Shown in pieces: positions 37,823 to 51,458 of a DNA stretch of 64,000 bases. Below the pieces are notes generated by a model. That model searched no databases and was not told the DNA's origin. It saw only the letters and a program-made list of their open reading frames with translations. Numbering within the stretch: the stretch's first letter is position 1; every line of letters begins with the position of its first letter. The translations under genes and the position numbers were made by a program. The stretch is from Schmidtea polychroa (lineage: Eukaryota), in the NCBI GenBank assembly GCA_044892525.1, contig CM097885.1:4650001-4714000 (forward strand), in the 5' to 3' direction.

Positions 37823-40699
37823 ACCCTCCCAAGGAATTTGTGTAGCCAATTACTTCAAACGCAATAATACAATTCCTTTACTCCAAAAAATATCAGTATA
37901 TTATCGAGTGCTGTGTGAATGTGATAAATAAATAAATATTTAATTAAATATTAAATGCTGATTTGCGTTTGGATGGGGATCTGATTTAGTTTGCTTGTAC
38001 TTTTTAATTTTTTTTCTGTAACTGTGCTAATGAATGACATTAAGTCCTCCCAAAAATGGCATATATATTAGGATGTCCCACTTTACTATGGTAAAGATAT
38101 TCTTTTCCAATTTAAAGACACACCCCTAAAAAGGTTTTCCTCTTACCAATTACTACCTCCTGGAAAGTTTCAACGAAATTAAAAACAATTTGTGGTCTTA
38201 AAAGACTCCAGAACTTTAAAGAAATCACTTATATATCCCACACAAATAATTTTTCTCTTAAAAATCAACAAATTTACTAGATATTTTTATTCAATTGATA
38301 ATTTTTAGTAAAATAATTTTAAATAAATGCAATTAATACTTAATATATTTCTACTTTTATTCGTCTTCTTCTCATCAAAAACATTTCAATACCACTTCTT
38401 AGTGTATTTTCCTCGCATAGTACAATTAATGAATAATTCTAGCACTTATCTCAATGAAGATTTTCACCACCTACGAATAATATTTTCATTGCTAATGTTA
38501 TCTCCATTTACTTGTTTAAAGAATAATTCTCCTCCAATTTAACGCTACAGTGAAAATTTTTACCAATTTTTAGAATAATATTTTTCATCAAAGTTCTTAT
38601 CTTGATTTATTTAATTTAAAAGGAATTTAATGATAAATTTCAGGGAGTTATTTTCAGTTTTAATGATTTTATTTGAGTGATTAATTAGGTAAATTTGGGC
38701 TTCTAGGGGAATTAAATTCATTGGTAATTTTTAGTGTTGATGTTAACTGGTATTATGAAATATTCATGTGAATTTCTATCATTTTGTTTGTGAAATTTAT
38801 GTTGATTGAAAGAATATTTATAATTTTAAGGTTTTAATGTTGATTCTAAGATAAATTTAATTTATTTCTTGATAATTTGCATTAACTTTATTGACTTTGT
38901 TTTGATTTTTATTTTAAATAAAAATTATTTTTAATGACAGTTAGGTTAATAATTATAATAATCAAGTGATAGGATAAATTATTTAATTTTTTATCATAGC
39001 AATGATTATTGAATTTGACAAAATGATTTTTTCAATAACTATATATTTTCTATGAATATTTTCAAGCACCTCTCAATTTCTCCTTAGTCAATTTACTTAA
39101 TAAATATGGAACTTTAAAATATTGAAAATCTTAAGCTAAGGAACCTGTCAATTTCATCAAGGACATTACTCAAAAATTAATGTAGAATATACTGACATTT
39201 GTGATTTAGTTTGAACGGTATATCAGGCTTTTATTATTTGAAAAGCATTGAGGGAATAGGTGAAAAATTGTGATCAATCAATGAGAAAATATAATCTCTA
39301 GTTAGATATTTGCTGGTATATTAGGTGAAATATTTTGTTGATTATTAGAAAATATTGATTTTTGAGAGGGCTCTTACTACATGGATTAGGTACTAAATTA
39401 TTTCAATGGAATAATGTTGGGTATCGGTGATATTAAGTTAAAGAAAATTCATATTTTTTGAAGAATTTTTATGTTTTTATGGATTTGAGGAGGATTTAAT
39501 CGACTGAATTGATTTATTAAAATGGGATATACGATATCAAGTGGGTGAAATCTTTAGAGAAATTAAGGGATACATTGGGTTGAATATTGATGTTTAAAAA
39601 AGAATAGAAATATAGTTATTTGTCGAAGGACCGGTTATGATGGAAATATATGATCTATAATGGTGGATATAGTCGGTTGGATATTGATGTTTAAATGAGC
39701 AGAATTATAATGTTCTAGTGAGTTATCATTGGTAAAATATCAATGTTTTAAGTGAAATTACAATACCTTAGGGAATAGTCAGTATTTCACAAAGATTTAA
39801 TATTAGTTCATTGAATGTGTTGGAACATTATTGTTGGTTCTGACTCTTCTGCTCTGCTTTAATTATCAAAATAAGACCGAACTCAAAACATTTTATTAAA
39901 AATCAAAAAGTTTGATACAATATTGCTAATTTAATTTTTATTTAATCTGTGTTCGTCTCAACACTTGCTATCCGTACATTCCTCTTGGAATACAACTGGT
40001 GCTGAATGTCACTTTAGAATGCATTAAGGTTAATAGGTGGGTTTTTTATATCTCTTGAAGGCAGTGGTTTAGAACAAGAATTATTAATATTTGAGGTCTT
40101 TAGAGATAATTGGAAGTCGTAGAAAATCACAGAAAATAATTTGGCTATAACACCGCGAGTCTCGTGGACATTTAGCAGGTGCTTCCATTAACGGTTATGG
40201 GTGTTTATGAGTGTTCGCTTTTAAAGTGTATTATAGAAAATTGGGGTATTTTTTAGACCCCACTACCTTTTTTCAAATTTCCAAAAGAAAATGATTGTTT
40301 CACTGTATTGTCTGCTACGTAAATACATTCGAGAGCATTTTTAAAACGAAGTTATCAGTGAAAATGGTAAGATTGTTGTTCAATCTAATATAAATGGATG
40401 CAAATTTATTGAATATTACAGTTAAAGATAATCAAAATAGTATTATAAGAACTTTTTTCTATTTTCACCACTGATTTATTTTCAATTGACATTGCATTAT
40501 TAAGAAGGATTAAACTAAAATGGTCTGTTTGTCATATTTATGCAGCTCACTTGGACAAATGTTCAATATGCATTGCTAGAATAATTGATATTTCTGTACA
40601 AGAATGGCAAATGCCGTCAGATTAAGACCGTGTTGTAGTTTTATTATCATTTTTAAACTTCATCAGAAGCTTCGAACAGGCAGGGAAATTCTAAATATC

Positions 40700-43600
40700 A
40701 TTTTTCTATCGGAGATAATGAAAGGATTACGCCGAGCTGCTAAATCACTTGCAAATGGTATTCCTCTTGGAATGGAATCTTCGGCTGATGAAGGTAATCT
40801 TGTGATAGAAGAAGAAGATGAGGATGTTGCTGCTATTGGAATTGATGATGATACTGATAGTGATATATTTATTCTTCAAGGTAACATAAATGATGAAGTA
40901 AAAAAAATTATTGTATTGATGAAGATGTAATTGAGAATATGCCCGAAGAGCCTAGTGAAAAGAACCTGACATTAGTGGAGCAGAAGACGACCAAATGAAA
41001 TCTGCAAATGGTACAGTTTGGGAGGAGAAGCAATATTTGTAGTTTCACCGAAGGATTTCAAAAAGATATGTATTCCAACTCTAGAAATGAAGCATTAGAA
41101 ATATTTTTCCAAGAAAATATGGAGACTGTCAGAATTTATTCTAAAACGTATGGTAAAATGAAATATAGAAAGTAATGGAAACCTATGTAATATGTAGAAA
41201 TAAAATGCTTCGAAGAGTTCCATCTGATTACTGGTGATTACAAAGCTTCCCACAGCCACACACAAGGGTTATGATCTGAAGATGATGTCCATTCAATATT
41301 TCGACCATGCATGAGCTTTGGACGTTATAAAACTATAAAATCTGCGCTTAGATTCAATGACACTTTACGCATGGATAAGTCAGATTCATTAGCCCCAGTA
41401 AGAACTTTTGTTTCACAACTCAATGCAAATATGCTGAAATTTTATGTGACTGGACCTCATCTAACTTAAGCTGAGCAGTTGCTCGAATTTCATGGCCGAG
41501 TGAAATTTAGACGGTACATTTTAACTAAACTGGTGAAATATGGAATGTTGATCTACTGGATGTTGATGCCAAACTTTCTATTCCACTTAATAGTGTTGGT
41601 TACCTAGAGCAGGGGTGGGGAACCTGCGGCCTTTAGGCCGCATGTCGCCTCCCGGAGCTTCATGTGCGGCCTCCGGAGCCTTATCGAAATAAATCTTAAT
41701 TTATATAAAAAACCTTGAATTTTGAGGATTTACAAATAAAAATAATTATAACTACTGAACTGTATATATATCATATTGTACATGCATCCCGCCGAGTACA
41801 CAGAACGAAGGGCTTACCTCGCTTCTTTCTCTTCAAACCGACGCCCTGGTCCAAGGGACGTCTCTCCAAAATAGAACCTACACTATTTAAACGTTTCGCT
41901 CAATTTGTACCATAAAATTCAGAAAACTAAATATGACGCAAGAATTTCTTTCTCAATACATTTAATTGTGCCATACAACACATACAACAATCATAACAGG
42001 TTTTTTCCTTTACAGATTAACGGATAGGATGTCTTTGTACACTTTCTCCCGCGATACGAACGAAATTGAATATATTACTACATGTCGCCCTCGGCTCACA
42101 GGGCGTCGATATCTACCTGTAGCCGGGCATCGCTTCGCACTTTAGCTATTTCGGTAGAAACTATCCGGAAATCATTTATCGGAATAATTACGGTGGTCGT
42201 TGGGACTTGCTCTTTAGAAGATTGAGCAGCAAATAGGGATGCCTCAAGAGCGGCGATAGAATCTCGTCGCTTTTGATTCGTTTCAGCCCGTGAAGGGCGT
42301 TTTCGTTTCTTGGTAGATGAGATAGAATGATCCACATTAGGAATCGGTAGCGACGCATGAACAGTTCATGCATTTGTCAAAGATATACTATTTGTCTTGG
42401 ACGACCCGGATAGAATTGGGTCTACAAGCGGTGAAAAGTGACTCCCATGTCCGCTACAACTAGATTCTTTCGCTTGAGATTCTTCTTCCTGATGATGAAC
42501 GGGGAACACGTTGGTCCCATCTTTTATAGGGTATTCCCGGACCCTTCGCTGTATTTCTGCTTCTGAATACACCTTGTGTAGAGCCTCAGACTGGGATTTG
42601 ATTGTCAGCCGTTGACATTAGCTTTCTTCTAGTAGACTGTCTCGACAGTGCTCCAGCCGCAGTATTTTTGTCCTCTCTTCTTTCATTTGTGGTGGGGAGA
42701 ACCACGTACCCTCATAATATTCGATTCGTTTTTTCAGAGCCCCGTTGTATTCTTGGAGTTTCTTAATATCTGTATTTTTATCTGTGCAGGAAAAACATGG
42801 TCGAATATCCTTAGACGGCTGACTTGGTTCATTCATTCTAAAAGGGAATTCGTTATAAGAGATTTCATCGACATACCACAACACAATTAACTATTAACAC
42901 ATTCGATTTAGTTCCCACGCGCAATTCTCCCTTTTCTACATTACCGTATCCCTTACACCGTTCGTCGACACATTCCCACGGTACCATAATTTATGCGGGT
43001 GAAGATTTTATCAATGCGTATATTTAAAATTTTTCGGTTCAGCCCAACAATAGTATTGTTTATAACAGAGATAAAACTCTTGCTAATGACGAAAAGCAAA
43101 AACGTTCCTTTGCTGAAGTTCTATCTATAAAAGTTTCTGAGCCTTTTCTAGATAAAGGGAGGAACATGACAATGGACATTTACAAAAATTAGCTAAGAGA
43201 AAAACGACAATTGTTGCCACAATGCGCTCCAATTGAAGAGAGTTAGCTCCAGCTTCAAGAAGTTTACACGGGAGACAAAAGGGAGATACAATACTTTTCA
43301 AAAACTGTGAAACAACAATCGCGTCATTTTGGGACTAGTAAAAGAAACCTGTGATTCTGCCGTCATCAATGCATCTTTGTGAACCTTATGAAAAGGAAGG
43401 TAAATGTGAAATAATTGAGTTCTACAACGCCACCAAATCAGATAATGACAACTATGCCAAATTGGTTAGAACATACTGAAGTCAGCAAAAATGTAGCATG
43501 GATGAATGGATTTAGCTGATGGATGTTGCATTGTTTATACATGCTGTGTTCAAAGTATGAAACATTAACGGACAAAAACACTAGGTGGACAATCAGGAAC

Positions 43601-43900
43601 GGAAGTTGCTCAATTTATTTGGTGTTCAGTCACCAACTTTAAGTTTATATCTCACCGACCTCTTTATAGGTTGTTATCAGATTTTGCAGTTCCATCTGCC
43701 GTGAAAACTTGTTGGACTAAATATTGAGAAATAATACGAAATTGAACTACGTATATCATTGCGCATTTGCCAAGAAACTTATTCCAGCAAAAGTATATGA
43801 GAAATAAAATATACATTGGGCATGTTATTTTGTTTATTGAATATTTAAGAGCAAGAGGAGTCAGAGGTACCGAATGGTGTTCATTTCACGGAGGGTAAAG
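40700..43900 (+). mobile_element. Decayed piggyBac transposase, interrupted at about 41610-43060
   Basis: Acidic N-terminus and NGTVW; RPCMSFGRYKTIKSALRFND; EQLLEFHGRVKFRRYILTKLVKYG; resumes after the insert with KGRNMTMD, TIVATMRSN and CEIIEFYNATK. Many stops; boundaries approximate. Confidence 0.75.
42096..42884 (-). pseudogene. About 260-codon reading frame of unknown family with two in-frame stops
   Basis: ORFs 42618..42884, 42366..42572 and 42096..42335 are in the same frame within a visibly GC-richer insert. Confidence 0.45.
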
Positions 43901-44549
43901 GTACCAAATCAATTGCAATATCCCAGGTTCAGAAATTATGATAGGGATTGGAAGCCCTAAGTATAAGCAATTAGAAAATGAAATGCTAAACATTTGCTCT
44001 GGTTAATTTTAATTTAGTAAAGGTCTCCTAACAACGAAAATACAATCTAATTAATTATTTATTTAAAATTTTATTTACACCAATCATTTAGTTTGGAAAA
44101 CAAAATTACCGAGTTTGACAAGCCTATTATCGATCTGTCAAGTTGCGGCAGAATAATAAGAATTTATGCTGATTCATTCTAATATATTACCAAAAAATGG
44201 TAAAAATAAATGATTAATGTCACAACTGACTATAAAAGCAAAGAAAACTTAGTGAAATTTGCCAGTTACGGTCAACATGAATGCAACTAGTGATATTTGT
44301 ATATTTGTATATAAAATATAGAAATAAAATGTCACAAAATTGGGAACTAATTGCGAATATTCTTGGGAGTGAGAAAAACAAAATCTGGATTTAGAGATTC
44401 CTTACAGAACAAGTGGGAATAGAAAACAATAAATTGACATAATTACTGTTTTTATCTTACTTTCATTCACGGTTGAATAGGTTTTATGACAGAATTTTGA
44501 TTATAAATATATTCCACAGATGTTGACTTGAGTTCCTATTCTTCTCACC

Positions 44550-45218
44550 ATGAAATTTGTATCCATGTATTTGTCGTACAAATGGACAATTTTGTATGGA
44601 ATGATATCTTCATCCTCAGTTACTGGATCGTTACTGATCGTCACGGTGTTGGCAATACAGAACTACAACAATTATCCATTTGATCTATTTTTGGATTTCT
44701 TACCGTTGTCCATTTTTATCTTGCTGATTCTCATGGTCACTGTGATGGTACTGAATATCCGAATGTCGTTAATGACACAGACCAGTTCCTCACAGAGTGT
44801 TTCGTTGTTCTTCATCTTTCTTATTATCACCTCGATGGAACTGTCACTATTTTTAAAGTGCGGTCTGCTAGAAGAAAGAAATAAATTGCTGATAAAGAGT
44901 AAATTGGATGAGTCTGTTCAAAAATTCCAAGAAGGTGTAGGAATAGATTTTATTAATTATTTCCAAATGACTTTCAAATGTTGCGGTGTAATTGGGCCAA
45001 AGGACTGGATTAATCATAGTCCTGGGATACCCTTCAGCTGTTGTTATTCTGAATTCCGAAATTGCAGTTTATTAAAAACTTATTACAAAAAAGGCTGTTG
45101 GAGAGTGGTTAGAAGGATTCTTGAACATCAAATATATTATTCAGCAATCTCTGCAGCTGTTTTACTGGTCCTCCAGTTTGCCAGTTTTGTTGGAATATTA
45201 ATGCAATTAGATGACTGA
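44550..45218 (+). CDS. Tetraspanin, single coding exon
   Basis: Four hydrophobic segments. The large extracellular loop has CCG, PFSCC, a lone C and GC (6 Cys), plus QxxFKCCG and GPKDW motifs. Confidence 0.9.
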   Translation: MKFVSMYLSYKWTILYGMISSSSVTGSLLIVTVLAIQNYNNYPFDLFLDFLPLSIFILLILMVTVMVLNIRMSLMTQTSSSQSVSLFFIFLIITSMELSLFLKCGLLEERNKLLIKSKLDESVQKFQEGVGIDFINYFQMTFKCCGVIGPKDWINHSPGIPFSCCYSEFRNCSLLKTYYKKGCWRVVRRILEHQIYYSAISAAVLLVLQFASFVGILMQLDD

Positions 45219-45279
45219 CATCTATTTATGCTCATTTTTTTATTGATACTAATACTAATACTAATACTAATACTAATAC

Positions 45280-45322
<43 letters not shown>

Positions 45323-45380
45323 TTCTCAAATAAACTCGTTAAAGATTTTATTAATAAAAATCACCATTTGTACATCTTTT

Positions 45381-45421
45381 TCACTATATATTTCGATAGC
45401 ATCACTATCATCATAAGGTTA
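45381..45421 (-). ncRNA. Degenerate minimal hammerhead-like motif in the 3' region of a Penelope-like element
   Basis: TAAC-CTTATGA-T-GATAG-TGATG-CTATC-GAAA-TATA-TA-GTGA: perfect stem II and a palindromic TATA loop, but the core G5 is mutated. Confidence 0.45.
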
Positions 45422-45693
45422 CCTAAATTCTCGACGGATGAATCTATATACTATATTGATAATATATAAACAAATTATAAAATATATAAATTTTAAAATA
45501 TAAATAAAATTTTTTAATAATCATTCTTTTTAAAAACAATTTTAAATAATCAACTTTTAAAATTATTAAAAATATTATTTTAATTTTAATTATTATTATT
45601 TTTTATTTAATTATTTAACATAACTATTATTTATATACATCAACGTACAAAAACGTAATTAAAAACATTCAACACACACGTATTCACTGCATT

Positions 45694-46035
45694 CTACACA
45701 TTGATTTTAGGATTAAAAGTTCTTATCAATAATGCTTCACATATCACATGCTCAAAACAATTATCAAAATTTTTTGATAAGATTTTAAAATCAGACATTC
45801 CTAATTCTCTCATACAGACATTATTGTGATCCTTAATATTGGACACTCCCTTCGGTCGATAGTGTTCTTGAACTCGAGTACAGAGATGACGGGAAGTCTC
45901 TCCAACGTATGTGGCATTACACCCATTACATGTGAATTGATAAACGAGATCCGAAAACAATCCAACCGGCGTTTGAGATTTACTAACAAACATACTACGT
46001 ACTTTGCACGATTTTGAAACAATTCTATAATTCAA
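45694..46035 (-). mobile_element. Penelope-like element GIY-YIG endonuclease fragment
   Basis: LVYQFTCNGCNATYVGETSRHLCTRVQEH...ICEALLIRTFNPKIN. Confidence 0.85.
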
Positions 46036-46249
46036 TGTAAGTAGGTAGAAGTGAGCCCACGATGACTCAGCGTTAAGGTCAATTTAAGGTCATTTAAAAT
46101 TTTGAGGTCAACCCCTACCCCCTACCCCTAATTTTAAGGTCAAATTGAGGTTAAAATTAAAAATTTTAAAAATATTCATAAGTCCATTTAACGAATTACT
46201 TTATAGAAAATTTTCAATTTCAAAACACGTTTTAATACTACGTTTGCAA

Positions 46250-46385
46250 ATGTCTTTGTTACTCATGTATTTGCATTGCAAATGTCTTTGTTACTCATGT
46301 ATTTGCATTGCAAATGTCTTTGTTACTCATGCATTTGCATTGCAAATGTCTTTGTTACTCATGCATTTGTATTGCATATGTCTTT
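46250..46385. repeat. 32-bp tandem repeat, about 4 copies
   Basis: TTTGCATTGCAAATGTCTTTGTTACTCATG(T/C)A repeated. Confidence 0.8.
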
Positions 46386-46516
46386 GTATTACACACCTTA
46401 AGGATAGAAAAATATATCTAAGCGAGATCTAAAGTGAATGTGTGTAAAGGGCAATAAATAAGGGTAAAATCAAAGTTTTTTAAGAAAATACATGTAATTT
46501 GATTTAAATTTATGAA

Positions 46517-46557
<41 letters not shown>

Positions 46558-46922
46558 TTATTTTGGGCTGATAATCTATGTGTGTCTGTATATGAAAACA
46601 TTGATAAGGAGCAATAAATAAAGGACGGTTTTACTCACACACAAGTTTTATATCATTCGAAAGTCTACTATATATAATACATAATTGAATCGAATCAAAA
46701 TAAGGGCAACATCAAAAATGGTAAAATAAAGTGGTCATTATCAGAAATTTTAAAAAATATATTTTATCTATTTATTTTTAAATAAAAATATGTAATTATG
46801 AATTTTATAGTTAATTTAAGCACATATTTATTTCACTTTTCACAAAATAATTTTAAAATACCACAACGTAATATATTTTCTATCTTAATTTGAATTGGCT
46901 CATTTTCATTATTTTTTAATTC

Positions 46923-46993
<71 letters not shown>

Positions 46994-47339
46994 AGATAGC
47001 GATTGTGTCATAATTGAGGAACATTTGTTACTTCGATACCTGCAAAAGAATATGGACGAAAAAGTTAAATAATAATAATAATAATAATTCATTGTTTATT
47101 CTTAATTGTCCCTTCCAGGAAATTTTAATGAGGATTCAGTTGCTGATTCTGTTGCTTATGCTGTTTGAACTATTGGATATTTTGCAAAGAAGATTAAATG
47201 TAAGTAAATTACAAAATTTAACTTAGATTTCTATTTCTATAGTTCTTTTTTTAAGAAAATTTAAAATAGTAAAAAATGATATTTAATCAAATGTTATTGG
47301 TATTCAGTGTGCTAGCCAATTTGTAAAAAGATGTCAATA

Positions 47340-50140
47340 TGGCTGATAATACAAATGTTGAAAATTATACACAGTTCTTGTCCGAATTGGTATATAATGA
47401 ATTAGATATGCCAATGAAATTGAAGGACATTTCAAAAATTCGAAAAGCATAACAAAGGAATTGCTATCAATGTTCTCAATTACAATCCTAAAAATATGAT
47501 TGATATCGATAATGTGGATATTATAATGAAACATCCACATATTGATATAATACATCGGACTAAAGTAACTGGGGTTACACAGATGTATTTACTATTGTTA
47601 GAATCGAATGGCCAATACCACTATACTGCAGTTCCAGATTTACAGCGATTAATGAATTGTAGAAAACCTCATAGTTGCCAAGTCCGTATTCAATGCAGAT
47701 GGTGCGAGACATGTTTAAATGGTTTTAGAAGAGAAGATGCTTTTGACAGGCATGTAGCTTTATGCAAGAAAAACTAATTGGGAACAACATTATACACGTT
47801 GCCAGAAAACTCAGATTTAAAATTTAATGACTGGTCAAAAATGGTAACTCCACTTTTTGTTATATATGCTGACTTCGAAGCTGTTTTACCTCTTGATGAA
47901 AGACAACACCAAAAACATTTACCTATAGCAGCGGGGCTGTTACTGGGTCAACGAAATATAGTCATTTTATTGGACCAGATTGTGTATACAGATTTCTGAT
48001 GGATGTAGAAAATATTGTCAACAATATAGTGAAGGTTTATTATAAGACAAGAGAGCATTGTCAAATGAAATTTTTGACAAATCAAGAAAAGCTGCAATTC
48101 CACACAGCAATCAATTGTTACTTGTGCAAAAAGCCAATGCCAGAGAAAGTGAAAGACCATGATCACTTCACTGGCAAATATCTCGGAGCCTCATGCAATG
48201 TATGCAATCAACAAAGGAAAATCAGAGAAAAATTACCCATCGTATTTCATAATCTGAAAGGGTATGATCTACATCACATTTTGAAATATGGGCTCAATCA
48301 ATTTCCTCATTGGAGTCTCAGCTGCATACCAACAAGCACAGAAAAACCTTTAACATTGATAGCATGGCTGGGTAAATTTACAATAAGATTTATTGACTCA
48401 TATCAGTTTGTCAATACTTCATTACATAACGCAGTAAAAACATTGAACGAATTACCTTTGACCCGTTCAGTATTCAATACTGGAACCATCATAAACAACA
48501 AAGGAATTTTTCCTTATGATTTTGCCACAAGTGAGGGAATATTAGAAACAACATATGAATTTCCCGCTATTTGGGAAGGCGTTACAAATGAAGAGTATAT
48601 ATAGCGCAACAAATATGGCAAGAAACAAGTTGCGAAACTCTAATGGATTATTTACAAATTTATTTAAAACTTGATGTGTTTTTACTTGCCGATTTCTTCC
48701 AACAATTTCGAGCAAGATCAAAACCACATAATGGACTCGAGCCACTCAATTTCTTTGCAATCCCTGGAATGTCTTGGGGATCTGTGCTCATGACCTTAGA
48801 AGAACCAGTGGAATTACTGATGGACATGGAGATGTATAATTTTTTCGAGGGTGGGATCCGTGGTGGTCTCACATTTGTAAATAAACACTTCGCTGTAACA
48901 GATGATGAAACAGAGTTGCTTTATATCGATATTAACAACCTGTACGGGTGAGCGTTAAGCCAATACTTGCCATGTAGAGATTTTGAGTGGATATATAATG
49001 AAGTGGAATTATTATCCATTTTAGTTGACTGCATTAGTTCAAAACTAGAAAATTTAACTTATGGATACACATTGGAAGTTGATTTAGTCATCCCGTCTAA
49101 TATCCACGATCTATTAGACGATTTCCCAGTCGCAGCAGAGAAAATGTGTCCACCAGATTCCGCTGTATCAAAATTATTATTAACTCATCATGCGAAAACT
49201 AATTATGTTATTCATTGGAGACTTTTGAAATTATATATGGCCCTCGGAGTGGAAGTCACCAATATACATGGGGCAATAAAATTTACACAAAAGCCAATAT
49301 TGAAGGATTATATCAACACAAATATGGAACTTCGAGCTGAATCACAAAATAGTTTAGATAGAGATTTTTATAAACTTTTAAATAATAGTATTTACGGCAA
49401 GACAGTGGAAAATCTGAAGAAAAGAATAAATCTGAGATTGTGCAACAATGGCGAAAAATTGGTTAAATACACTTCAAAGCCAACATTTAGACGTTCAATT
49501 AAAATTGCTGATGATTTATTTGCCCTTTTGCTGAAAAAAGATGTAGTTTGTTTAGATAGGCCTAGCTACATTGGTCAAACAGTGCTAGACTTATCTAAAC
49601 TTAGAATGTATGAACTACAATATATTGAACTGTCAAAATATTGAGCACAGTCCAATTGCCAAATAAATATCATGGCCAGGGATACAGACTCATTCTTCTT
49701 CGAATGTAAATATGTCAAATTGCGATCACAATTACTTCCTGCAATGATTGCTGACGGATAGTTAGACACCATCAACTACGATCCTAGAGATCCATTATAT
49801 TCACGAAATTTAGATTCTGTAATTGGGAAATTCAAGGACGAAAACAAAGGCAAATCATATAAAGAATGGGTATTCCTCAGACCCAAATGCTATAGTTTGC
49901 TAACTAGTCATAATGATACTATAAATAAAGCCAAAGGTGTATCATTAAAGGGAACAGAAATCACACATCAATCGTATTATCTTATTATCTTGGAATGCGT
50001 AAACCGAAGGTGAATCAATCCCGGTTTGGTACAACCATCAATTATTTACATTTAGAACTAAAAAGGTAGCCCTTACAAATAACGATGATAAAGGGGTTTG
50101 GGTTGAAGAGAACAAGAGCTTCGCATATGGGCATTATAAT
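47340..50140 (+). pseudogene. Protein-primed family-B DNA polymerase (pPolB), multiple stops and frameshifts
   Basis: DHDHFTGKYLGASCNVCN, FHNLKGYD, FIDSYQF, KGIFPY, GIRGG, YIDINNLYG (motif A), KLLNNSIYGKT (motif B), DTDS (motif C), LRPKCYS, KAKGV, and terminal DDK...AYGH. Confidence 0.92.
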
Positions 50141-50556
50141 ATTTTAGATAATGAATTAAATAATATTTTGCCTCTTGATGAATCATCTGCAAACGAATGA
50201 TAATGATTAATGGTAATGATTTATCCGTTTTATTTTTAAAAATAGTTTTATTTTTATTTTAGTTTCTGCACAGTTTCTCCAGTTTTGACACAGTTTCTCA
50301 ACAGTTTTGAAAAGAGATGAGAACGAACCACCAATATAATGATTCATTTGCAACTTTTGTAATAGTACTTGTAACCAATATAATTGTCCTTTTAATGCAT
50401 ATCGTTTCTCATAATTATGTTTATTTTTATTGTGTTGGTTCTCTTTAGAGTCCTAAATATTTTATTGTGAATGTGTATACGTCCTCTTTAGGACTGCAAA
50501 TATTGATTGCATTTATTGTTGAGAAACGATTATTATTATTATCATTATTATTATTA

Positions 50557-50608
<52 letters not shown>

Positions 50609-50611
<3 letters not shown>

Positions 50612-50790
50612 AACAATAAAATGATAATTTAAGCCTTTTGCTGCAAATAATGTATTTAATGAAAGAATTTTCGACTATACGATAGTCCTTGTCAATCTCC
50701 AATCTGACAAGGACTATCGTATAGTCGAAAATTCTTTCATTAAATACATTATTTGCAGCAAAAGGCTTAAATTATCATTTTATTGTTTTA
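50609..50790. mobile_element. Palindromic foldback MITE (86-bp arms, 10-nt loop)
   Basis: Arms 50609-50694 and 50705-50790. The same AAGCCTTTTGCTGC sequence borders N runs near 14.8, 28.3 and 33.2 kb. Confidence 0.85.
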
Positions 50791-50885
50791 AATAATAAAT
50801 GCTGCTACCAAGCAATCATCATTTTATACTATTATTATTATTATTATTACTTTTATTATTATTAATATTATTAATAAATTCAAGG

Positions 50886-50951
<66 letters not shown>

Positions 50952-51050
50952 ATATATATAAATTTACATTTATTATACATAATTCAGTAACGACTTTGTT
51001 TAAATAAAGAACATCAATAAAGTAACACAAAATTTCTACAATACATTTAT

Positions 51051-51332
51051 TTAACAAAGATGTTTATACATTAGCCAAGCTAGACAATGTTGTTCACAAG
51101 TATTTGTTAATGGATGTTGAAACCGAATTTTATTGTAATCGACTTGACCAATAGTTGATAGCTTTTTGATCAATAGGGCTGGATAGTAAAATCCCATTGG
51201 ATCGAAAACATATATTTTATTCGGCTTCACGTAGACTGCAATCCAATGTTCTGCTCCCAGAGTAGACGAATCTGTGTTGACAATTATGGCTTGATTCACA
51301 TCTAAATAGGGGATTTTGTCTAGTGGGTACAC
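51051..51332 (-). CDS. Adenain-like cysteine protease of element 1 (probably 5'-disrupted)
   Basis: IIVNTD...AEHWIAVY...FDPMG...FQHPLTNTCEQHC (H-D-Q-C order). Confidence 0.8.
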   Translation of the reverse strand: MYPLDKIPYLDVNQAIIVNTDSSTLGAEHWIAVYVKPNKIYVFDPMGFYYPALLIKKLSTIGQVDYNKIRFQHPLTNTCEQHCLAWLMYKHLC

Positions 51333-51458
51333 TCCAACACACTCTTTACCTAATATTTGAGTACCAATTCGATTTATCTGAATAGAACAAACATAATAAT
51401 TTTATTAGTTTAAAGAAAACATACTCCATGACAAATGTATCTAGATTTATTCACACAT

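Noticed and set aside
39186-39350. Similarity to about 54316-54410
   Set aside because: A short, diverged shared repeat with no recognisable product or termini.
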